Assembly: GCF_964204645.1 (NCBI RefSeq)
Contig: NC_134025.1
Coordinates: 27,942,299-28,006,298, forward strand
Source: Tubulanus polymorphus
Taxonomy: Eukaryota; Animalia; Nemertea
Direction: 5' to 3'
DNA: 64,000 bases
In this document: positions 42,571-54,000 of the stretch, one piece after another
Layout of the letters: every line of letters starts with the position of its first letter
Position numbering within the stretch: position 1 is the first letter of the stretch
The notes under the pieces: generated by a model
Seen by the model: the letters and a program-made list of their open reading frames with translations, nothing else
What the model was told of the DNA's origin: nothing
Databases searched by the model: none
Made by a program: the position numbers and the translations under genes

Positions 42571-42580
42571 CTAAATATAG
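42571..42580. promoter_or_regulatory. MEF2-consensus site upstream of the obscurin-like gene
   Basis: CTAAATATAG fits CTA(A/T)4TAG. It is plausible for a muscle gene but is also common by chance in AT-rich DNA. Confidence 0.25.
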
Positions 42581-45054
42581 ATATTCAGCAATTTTCTTAT
42601 CGCAGTGATATCAACGATTTTGTATTTCAGAATAGGCTAGAATATAATAGCAGATTATTTTTTCTAACTGTCGATACCCAAGGGTTGTCCGAAATCAAAT
42701 TAAGTTCGTTGCGATATCACATGCAGCATGCAGCATTAGAACGACAAAGCCTGGAGTTAACGGCTTGTTATCGAAGAACGTCCAATTCAGCGTTAACTTC
42801 GTCATGTTGTTGCACTGGCACGTTCAAGGTGTCGTTCTTGGTCAAATCATGGACGCATAAACTAGATAATTTATTTAGAAAGACAATTTTAACAGCGATT
42901 TTGAAAAAAAATAATGATTCGAGAGGCTATATAAGGTAATTCCCTTTGTGAATAAATGAATGTTCATAGTGCTAGTTTTAAAGAATTTTTTCATAATACT
43001 TAAGTCACTAAATAAATATTTTCTTCAATTTCTTAATTTCCGACAATAGTTTTCGTTGTAAAGAGCGTACTCGTATGTTGGACTCATTGATTCGCAAAAA
43101 CTAAGGCATCAGTTTTGCGTTATTTGTGGAAAAATGTAATCGCAACTGAACGCATCTAAGTTGAAAATCGTCTGAAATTTTCGCTGGATCATCCGCGTAG
43201 AGTGAAGATTAAATGGCAAATGTACTGGTATAAACCGCGTTGAAATACGTAGCGCGCGCGGTTTGTTGAACAGGTTGCCGGAGTGTACCGCACCATGACG
43301 CCCGCGTTCAGTTCATCACATCTCCCGCAATAACAAACTGTACTCTTTACTACGCGAATTCAACAAACTATTTCTGGTTCCGTATTGTACGAACATCTGC
43401 ATGTTCAGAGTTAAACTCTGTAGGCCCTCAGCTCTCCTGGGTCCGATACGTTTACTGGGGTTATACTTCCTTTCAGCAAATTTTTAATGGCTTCGATTGA
43501 TCTTGTGGCTAGGGTGGAAACGTTCCTGTGAATCGTAACGGAAATCATATTAACCCTCATCTTTCTTATCTACGTAACTTCTAAACTAGTAAAATAAAAC
43601 TAGACTTTTTTCTCAGTTTTCTCCACTTTTCCAGATGTCATTATGTTGATACCGGCTCGACATGAATTAATTTCGTGGTAAAATTGCACAAGGAAATTTC
43701 CATGGCATTTTTATAACAGAAAACATTTTTAACCTCATCTTTCTTATTGACTGTTTCAAATAGATTTTTTTCGGTTTTTGTAGATATTTATTCATTGGGA
43801 CGATTAATCAACAACAAGTTTTAACATTTACTAGATATTACAGAAAAACAAACATAACGTTTCCGCGTAATTATCCCAGAATCTCTAGACGTATCATCTG
43901 ATTCAGCTAAATTTACATCTGCATGTACACGGCTAACACGAATGAAGAATGTTCGTTTCTCTTACCTCATACTAGAGTATGATGATTTTACACCACTTGC
44001 TCGTGAAATATCAACACTTTCTATCATCCCCCGGTTCGTGTATATTCATGTTTCGTATCGATGAGAGAAAGTTTCATCAAATTTCGAAGCCGCGGACTTT
44101 CGTGGCATTTCGGGGTTGGAAGGAGTTTGTCAGCATCACATTTCATTGGTTCGGTCAGTTGGAATATTTTCCGTGATTACGTTGAAAATTCGATATTTTC
44201 ATAGTAGTTTTTAAGCTGCCTATGTAGGTAGTTATATGTATGCGTAGTCAGTCATCCATGCTTAGCGCCCTGGCAACAACAACCGTCTTTTTCAACTTAC
44301 GGAAAGTTCAACCATTAGAACAGCTGGATAAAACATAGGATTTACTGTTCTGTTTATTTCGTATGGATAAGTTTTAACGAAGTTGGAATTTATAAATGGA
44401 AACTCTATTTTCTGTTTCTTACTCTTGCTACAAATTCGATAGCAATGTTTTGGTAATTTTGGAATTTTCCATGTGCTAGTGTTTTTACATTCGAGGTTCG
44501 GTCCTTGTATATGTCAAAGGCGCTCGAGAAGAAAGTGGCCCCAGTTCATATCCTGAGGCTAGTGTTTTCCATTAAAATCGACTAGTCCGAGATATTGAAA
44601 TAGAATCTTCCTTATTTTCTCTCTTACTGCTTCGGACGTAGGTTGTTGTTTATCAGATTAATAAACTCATCGGCATCTATATTCACCGTGTAGTTGATGG
44701 CGGGTAATATATGCAGGCTGAATTCATGTTTACAGGATAGACTATCGGTTTAAGAGGGATAACCGTTTAGACAGTGTTCAGCCACGGACAACTCGAGTAA
44801 ACCTAATAAAATGGAACAGTTTTAAGTGCCAAATTTCAGTTTGATATACAGACATTCAAAGTTAGTCTTTTGAATTACTGTATATCATGCTGACAGAACT
44901 TTTACTACAGGTTAAATAGAGATACTCCCAGTCATCATGGGAAAGGATTAAGTAATCATAGAATTAGCGGTAGCGGTAAAGTTAGTTGTTGATAATGGTC
45001 TCCTTTTTAAAGAACCATTTAAAACGATTGGATTAGTTGTAACCTGGTGCAACG

Positions 45055-48000
45055 ATGTTCATGCTTATTGTGTCTACTGTTGTGATCGTTTTTTTCTTGT
45101 TGTTGTTGTATTTCCATTGTTTGGCTCGACAACGCCAAGCGCGGATTATATCAGAACGCCACAAACGTAATGTCAAATATATCAAGGGTACGTGTTACGG
45201 ACGTTCCGATCTACAGAATGCTTTTAGCGCATTAAATCATGTATCTATATGATTATATTTTTCAGCTCCCGTTTTTACCACAACAATGGCAGAAAGTCAA
45301 GAGGTCCACACTGGCAGTTTTAAGAAATTTGAATGCCAGGTTCGTTTACTGCCTGCCATAAGCGAAACCCTTTTTATGCATGCACTTTTTCTTCATATGT
45401 AAATTATTTCATTTTCAGGTGGTCGCATATCCTGTGCCAGAAATCAGTTGGTATAAAGACAACATCGACATCACGTATGATCCTCGATATAAGTTCGCTT
45501 TCTATAACGGAGTTTGTTCATGTCTTATCGAGGATATAACACCACGTGACCAAGGATTATATAAATGCGAGGCCGTTAATTCAGAAGGAATCGCAGCGAC
45601 TTCAGCTTATCTGCTTGTTAGAGGTAAATCTCGTCATATTGGTTGTACATGAAAATGGAAGGAAGTCTCTCTTCCACGACTTAGAATATGCAAGTTCATT
45701 AGTAAAAATAAATTGTTTATAGTTATTCTTAAGTAATGCTATTAGCACTCGATCACTGTACCCTGCAAAGAACGTTTTACAAGCCACGTTAATTGAATCA
45801 TGTGGTTAACAAAAGGTTACTGGGTAGAATATAACTTTATAGAACATAACTGATAATAGGCTGAGAATGTGACTGAATTAACTGATTATTTCTATCAGTT
45901 ATTTGACGAATGTAGACTGCACTGTGGTAACCCTACGTTCGTTTGCATTTTGTTGATTCAACTCGTGGAATTTTTCAAGAGAATTTTGAATTCGTGGTGT
46001 TAGGCTTTTGCATCGATATCAGAAACGGATTCCCGCGTAAGATATGCGCAGAAAGGTCAAAACTACCTTGAAAATAGCATCTCGATATACTGACTTGATT
46101 TCACCTGTCAATCACTAACTACATTATCTCTAACCAGTATCCAATCCTACATCGCTTACAAAATGTCGGTACTTGAAACTAGAAATACGATACGATCAAA
46201 CCTTGTAAAAGTGGTTTATGCTTGATAAAGAATCATGTAGAAATGTGACAATACCCTATTTCTCTATATATCTGGATATTTAAGGATGATTTTCTCAGCT
46301 TTAGCTTGATGATTTCAGATCGCTCGCACATCGATCACATCGATGGAACTGAACAATACGAATCACATTCATTGAAACTAGAACGTGCCGAACGAATACA
46401 ACACGAACAAGAAAACCAAGACAAAAAAGAAACATTCGAAGAAAGACTAACAAATCAAGATAAAAAAGACAGAGATCAGGAAGAATATGACGTCAATCAC
46501 GAGGCTTCTAAAGAAACGGACTTGAAGCGACGAAAAGACGAATATGAAAAACAGGAAGAAAAACAAAAACCAGAAGTTTATAAAAATGGAAAATTAAAAG
46601 AAAGTAAGGTGAAAGCTGAACATGCTCTTTTGTCTGAGTCCGATCTTTGGGAAAGTTTAGACATCAAAGCAGTGCCAAAAGCTAATGGATTTGACGATTC
46701 ACATGCAGAAGAAAACCTTGTGACGGTTGAAAAACTAACACCGGCCCAATGCATGGCAATGCAGGAGAAAACCACTGAAAACAACGCAGAAAACAAGATA
46801 AAAGATGAAGAAACGGGTTCAGGTGAGGAGCAAAAGGACAACGCAGTGAAACTGAAGGAAGATAACAATAGCAGAAACAAGGAAAATGACGTGGAAAACG
46901 ATACCAAAATACAGGGAGAGGAAAGAGCAAAAAGATTAGACAATGAAAAAACAGAGAAAAATGAAAGTGAAAAGGAGCAAAAGGAACACGAGAAGAAAGA
47001 AGCTGATCATACAACTGACCAAAAATATAAAGAAGAATCGGGAAGATTAGAAGAGGAGGAGAGGGTGAGCGAAGATATGGGAAAGAGTGAGAAAAATCAA
47101 TCGGAAATACTACTTAAAGAAAAGATGGAACAAGAGGACATTACGGAAATAGGAAAGAATAAGAAAGACAAAGACGAAGAGGGAAACGTTAAGAAGAAAA
47201 GGGAGCAGAAGAAAGAGCAGGGTGAGCTAGAAACTAAAGGAGAACAAGAAAACATCGATAAAGTTGAAAAAGACAAGATGAAAGAGAAATATCCTGCGCC
47301 TGGAAGCGATTCTAAGCCTAATGATGATATGAAAGAAGTAAAGAAACACAAAGTACAGAGTAATGATGCACAGACAGAAAATCTCAGTAATAAAGAAGGA
47401 CCAAGTGAAAACGATGGTCTTGATGGTGAACAACAAATCAAGAATCACGTGGAAAGGGAGGATACTAAAATTTTGGAAGATGAAAAGTCTGGAAACGAGA
47501 AAAAGGAGCTTAAGGAGCCAAGAGATAGCGGAAGTGATAAGCTAAAAGAAGACAAGATAAAAGAGAAAGATGATGTAATAAATGCGATTGGAGATGAAGT
47601 TAAGAAAGACAAACACCAAGAAGATAAACAGTTAAAGAATGATAGCAAAGAAGAAGCAGCACCTGAAATTGAGGAAGTTGATGATAAAGTCGAAACGCAT
47701 ATGACAAAGGATGATGCTAAACTTTCTATTGATGCACCTGATGTTGATGTTTCAATCATGGTAGATTCAGTAACACCTCCGGAATTCATCAGAAAACCAG
47801 AAAATATTACAGTGAATGAGGGAGAAACTATCAAAATACAGTGCAAAATCTCCGGTATGAATATCCTAATTACAATGGCTTAATGATCATTTTTCCGGAA
47901 AGAAATGAGAGTAATATAATGTTTGAATCAATTTCATTTTTGTTTTCCAGGAATTCCTACTCCTGAGGTTTTATGGTTCAAATCCGGAGAACCAGTTAAA

Positions 48001-51000
48001 GCCGATAAGAAACATTTAATTTCATCCGATGATCAAATCTATAAACTGGAGGTAATAGACGCTGGAAAAGATGATTCAGGAGAATATGCGGTGGCTGCCA
48101 TCAACCCAGAGGGAAAGATATATTTCAATTTAAATGTTGATGTAAAGAAGGAGAGCAAAAGCAAGAAAAACAAAGATGAAGCAGAAAAGTGAGTTTGATT
48201 CTCATTGTATTATGGGTACATGATATACGGTAAGCTATGCGTTTGAAATTGTAAGATTTTTTTCATATCGTATTATTTTATAGAAAAGACGAAAAGAGTG
48301 ACCTCAAACAACCGGAATTTACATTCAAACCAACGTCAATGACAGCTACTGAGTTCGATCCTGTACAAATATTCTGTAAAGTTTCAGGTAAAAACGATTA
48401 CTTTTATCAAGACACATTCTAAGATGTACTGTATAATATCTAGTATACTCCTTTTCTAGGCCAACCTGTACCTGTGGTCACGTGGTATAAGGAGGGTAAA
48501 CCTCTGAGATCAGGTGGAAATATCAGTATGTTTAATGAAGATGACAGTCACTATTTAGTAATTCTGAAATCATCACTCCTGGATGCCGGGGAGTATACTT
48601 GTACTGCTAACAACGATGCGGGAGCTGTGTTCTGCACCCTTAAATTAACAATAGAAGGTACATCTACATCATTTTTATATTATTTAGCGTCTCTCAGTTC
48701 AAATAGATTTGCAATACAACAAAATTATATTTCAGGTTTGACTGAGGTAGAGAGCAGCACATCTACGGATATTGATTCTAGTATGATGGACAAATTAACA
48801 CCAAAAATAGCAGCCGAATTGGAAAATATAGCTGATGAATCGACTGATGAGGTACACGGAAATAAGATTTGTATTTTATTCGCACACATTGGACGAATCT
48901 GAAATAGAATCTACTTGAATCATTTTCAGGAACTACTTCGCGAATTTGTTATGAATACCAAATATACGGATAAAGCAAAAGGAATATGTTTAGACGAGGG
49001 TGAAATAGTTGAGTTATTGGATAAGAGTGTTCCCACGGCGTGGCTCGTTCGTGTACAGAGAGATAAAGAAACTGTAAGTCAATTCCTTATAATCATTCGT
49101 CTTTAGATTGACATGAATTAATGTAATTATCATATTTTCCACTCAGATATGCTCCGTACCGCCAAATTTACTGACTCCAAAAGATGAAGTGATTCAGAAA
49201 GTCAAAGCTACAGCTGAAGAATTATCCCCACCCGGAAAAGAAGGTATCGTGTCAATAGATCATCATTACCTTTACTTAGTACCATTGCCGAGTCTAATAC
49301 TATCACGTGAACTATTCGTATTATTCAGAGTTACAAGCGCCACTTTCACCAGGTCAAAATGAAATGAAACGACGAGGGAAACTATCTCGATCCCCGAGTA
49401 AGAAACAGAGTTCAACAGAGCAGGATTCTTCAGAAGATGAAGATAAACTTGGAAAAATTGAGGTATTTCAGCGGGGACATAATACAATAAACATGTTCAA
49501 ACAGACTACGATTTAAATTGTAATTTTCTGATAACTACAGGCGTATCCTGTGTATGTGGTAGTTGCTGACTTTGTACCCGATGAGACTCAATTCGATTTT
49601 CTGCCCCTGTCCGAGGGGCAGTTTGTCCACGTCTGCGATTCTAAGAACGTCGAGCACTGGTTGTCGAAAACTAAACCGTCAAAGATCAATCCATCGAAAG
49701 AAGGTTGGATCTCACCGTCTTTCGTGGAGAAGAAAGAAGGTTTGGGATTTGTTGATAAACGAACGAGTAAAGAAGTATTCAGAGAAGAGGTTATCCAGTG
49801 TACAAATAAAAAACAAGAATCGCTAATAAAACGAAGGTAAAACCAAACCAATCGCCTGTTGAACTACCTGCTCGTTAGAGTACCTTATATTCTGGAAAGA
49901 AATATTGTTGTTTCTTTGGGTATTTTTCAGGTATGCGTTGACTGAGTTATTGGAAACAGAGAGAGATTATATAAAAGAACTTGCATCGATTCTCGAGGAA
50001 TTCAGTCCAATTTTCGAGGATAAAAATCTACCCGAATCATTGCAAGGCCGAAAAGATTTGATTTTGGCTAATCTAGCCGATATCTTTAAATTTCACAATG
50101 AGTAAGTAAATTGGTTTTTCACGAAAAAAAAAACGGATCTTGGAATCGTTATTCAAATAATACTATGTTTTGCAGTATTTTTCTGTCTGAGCTGATGAAT
50201 TGTACATCAGATCCCGGGACTATCGGAGATATCTTCCTCACATGGGTAAGCATACCGTTAATCCTCATATCACGACTTTTATGTCTGGTCTTAGTCGTTG
50301 ATAACAGAAGTCGGAACAAACGGTAATTGTATCAATTGCGCTCATTACGCTCTGAACCTCGTAGTAAAACAGTATTACATCACATGATAAGTCGATAACA
50401 GAAATACATAAAGTTATTTGTGATAATAATATAAGTTTTGATAACTCGGGAATGCTGCTATCCTTTATCGTTAACTATTTGGTATAGTGACGTAGTTTTT
50501 CGTATCAGTGAATTCTGTTGGGGAAGTTGTTTCTAGCTGTATGGTATAGTCTTTCTTGACAGACCGCACGCGCATTTATATTTACTATCAACTGATTATA
50601 AGAAATTAATGTAACGTATTCTACGATATATGGCTGATGCGAAATTTCTGTCGTCTTGTAGGAAAATAAATTTGAGGAGTACATTGACTTTTTAAAACGC
50701 AGACCAGAAGCAGATTTACTGTTAACGCTTTCGTCAAACACCAGCTATCTGAAGGTATGCTAACATATTTTTAGAATTTTTCTTTTGTAATGTCAAGAGT
50801 GAGAAAACATAACTTATATAAAAGTTCTGATATTTACGTTTCTATGCGTCTCTTTCGATTTTAGGATTATAAACGGAAAAATAATTTGGAAAAGTCGCTG
50901 TTCGAATATCTGGACGCACCGTATAAACATCTCAAAAAGTCGGAATCACTTTTGAAAGATTTCCTGAAATATTCAAGTCGGGCTAAAGCGGATAACAAAG

Positions 51001-54000
51001 CCTTGATACAAGCGATCGCTATGTTAGCTCGTATTGTAAAAACCTCTGAGGATAAAGTGCATCTGGATAATATTGAAGGATATCCCGGTGATATCAACTC
51101 ATTAGGACCAGTTGTTCGACATGTAATTAGATATCTTCGTTGTCGTAATATGATTCATGATTCCTAAATAATTGATAAAAAGTGATTTTTTCGTGTTTCG
51201 CTGTAGGATGATTTCTCACAGTGGGACGCCGCCGACAAGAGTGGTCGCGGTAAGGATCGTCACTGTTTCCTGTTTAATGATAAGTTGCTGATCACTAAAC
51301 CTAAACGTGTGGATGACCCCATGAATCTACCTACGTATATATTCAAGGGAGTCGTAGATGTAAGTAGAATATCGCCATTCCCTCTCAATTCAAGTTCTGA
51401 AGTGAGCGTCCGTGTCGAATATAGGCTCCAACTTAATGCAGATATATCGTATCTTTTCTGTGGTTCATGGTTTATATTATTGTTTCAGTTAACCAATGTC
51501 CAAATTAATGAGTTGGTTCTGGACGAAGATAAGTTTGAATTGTGGTACGCTCAGCCGGACTGTGAAAAGATAACCTTCCAGGCCCGTGATGTTTACGCAA
51601 AGAAGGCCTGGGTCCACGATATCAGAGAAAAACTTAAAGAAATGGGTACATACAAAATGATATATCTAATTGTAAAATATATACAGAAACTCGCCATACC
51701 GTGTTTTATGTTGGTTGTAGGTATCGAAGAAACCGATTTGCCTTTGGATAAAGTTCCCGATGTCGGGAAAACAAAAACGAATAAATCTTCTCCTCCGTTA
51801 TTGAAAAGAAAATCATCGCAAGACGCATCGAGCAACAGAAAGTTACAAACAGACCAAGATGAAAACCAGCCGCGCGGAACAGGGGAATTTACAACTGATA
51901 CAGAATCGAAACGTATGTAAAGCCAGTAACTATCCTTAGTACACAGCCGATAGTCAAACAACCGTATTGATTATAGATTAGCAAAACTATAGAAGAAAAC
52001 GTTAGATCAAAAACAATTTATTCGTTGAACTGGTTTCAGAGTATATTACTGCTGAGGATGAAAGTGAGACGTACGATACTGCTCCAGAAGTTGAGGATGG
52101 ATACGCTAAACCCATCATTTTAAAAAAGATCATCGCTTCTCAAGTCAAAGGCAAGTATGATGTAGCTAGACACTTTACAAACATATATAATAGACTTATG
52201 ATTGAATTGATACGAATATTCTACCCATAACAGAAGGCGAGGTTGCAGTCTTTGAGTGTACAGTTCTCGGACAACCTACACCAACGATCACGTGGCTAAA
52301 GGACGATTCTCCTGTGGTTGAATCTCCACGGTTTACAAAAGAAAATACAACCACTGACGAATACAGGCTGAAAATCGAGGAAACCAGGGAGGATGATACG
52401 GGAGTTTATACGATCCAGGCGAGTAATGATCTTGGGAGGACTGAATGTAGCGCTAATCTCACTGTTAAAAAAGGTAAGAACAGAGAAGCATGGTTCGAGT
52501 TCTTCTTGAATTGACTCCTTATGCTTATCAACATTTTATATGGTATGTATATTTGCTGTATTTCTGAAAAAATAGATGAGAAAAAAGCAAAAGATCACGC
52601 ACCTAAGATAACCGAAGAACCAACAAAGTCATGTGAAACCTTAGCTGGTTCTGAAGTCAAAGTAACAGCCAAAATATCCTCAAACCCGAAACCAGATGTA
52701 AAATGGCTGAAAGATGGAAAAGAGCTGAAAGCGAATGATCCGCATTATACATTTGTAAATGAAGGTGACGAATATTCATTGATAATTTCATCTGCTGATT
52801 TGAAAGATAGCGCCACCTATGCACTACAGGCTAAGAATAAACTAGGAAAAGTTGAAGCTAAAACACAAGTACAAATCAAAGGTAACTTAAGGTCAGAAAT
52901 CATTTCATCTGTGTGTTTGAAAATATGTACACACAGCATTTATGTTGAATTTCTAATACAGAAAAGGAAAAGGCGCCAAAAGTAGTTAAAGAACTATCTA
53001 AGAAACAGGAAGCAGAAGCCGGTTCTGAGGTGAAAGTAACTGCTAAAATATCATCGAATCCAAAACCAGATGTAAAATGGCTGCAAGATGGAAAAGAGCT
53101 GAAAGCGAATGATCCGCATTATACATTTGTAAATGAAGGTGACGAATATTCATTGATAATTTCATCCGCTGATGTGAAAGATAGTGCCACTTATACACTA
53201 CAGGCAGAAAATAAATTGGGGAAAGTTGAAACTAAGACACAAGTAGAAATTAGGGGTAAGTTAAGAACTCATTTTAGTTATTTAGAGTATGTGTGGTCGA
53301 ATTGTATTGTTTATTTCCTTTGTAGAGAAGGAGAAGGCGCCTATAGTAGTTGTAGAACCACCAAAGAACCAGAAAGGAGAGGCTGGTTCAGAAGTCAAAG
53401 TCACTGCAAAAATATCATCAAACCCTAAACCAGATGTAAAATGGCTGAAAGATGGAAAAGAGTTGAAAGCGAATGATCCGCATTGTAAATCTGTGAATAA
53501 AGGTGACGAATATTCATTGATTATTTCATCAGCCGAGGTGAAAGATAGCGCCACCTATACACTACAGGCTAAGAATAAACTCGGAAAAGTTGAAGCTAAA
53601 ACACAAGTACAAATCAAAGGTTAGTTTCATTTCATCTCAGTGACTACAGTGTACGCGGTATCCAGTATCCTGTATCCAGTATCCAGTATTGTTTTCTCAT
53701 TCCTTTTGTAGAAAAAGAAAAGGCGCCTACATTAGTTAAAGAACCATCAAAGAAACAAGAAACACAGGCTGGTTCTGAAGTCAAAGTGACTGCTAAAATA
53801 TCCTCGAATCCAAAACCAGATGTAAAATGGCTGAAAGATGGAAAAGAGCTGAAAGCGAATGATCCGCATTATACATTTGTAAATGAAGGTGAAGAATTTT
53901 CATTGATTATTTCATCTGCTGATGTGAAAGATAGCGCCACTTATACACTACAGGCTAAGAATAATCTCGGAAAAGTTGAAGCTAAAACACAAGTACAAAT

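Noticed and set aside
42685-42939. 84-aa ORF ending at a splice-donor-like site upstream of the obscurin-like gene
   Set aside because: The donor is phase 2, incompatible with the phase-1 Ig1 acceptor, and no homology was recognised.
46578-47846. Several minus-strand Ser/Phe/Leu-rich ORFs that look like membrane proteins
   Set aside because: They are antisense shadows of the K/E-rich coding exon, whose complement is naturally poor in stop codons.
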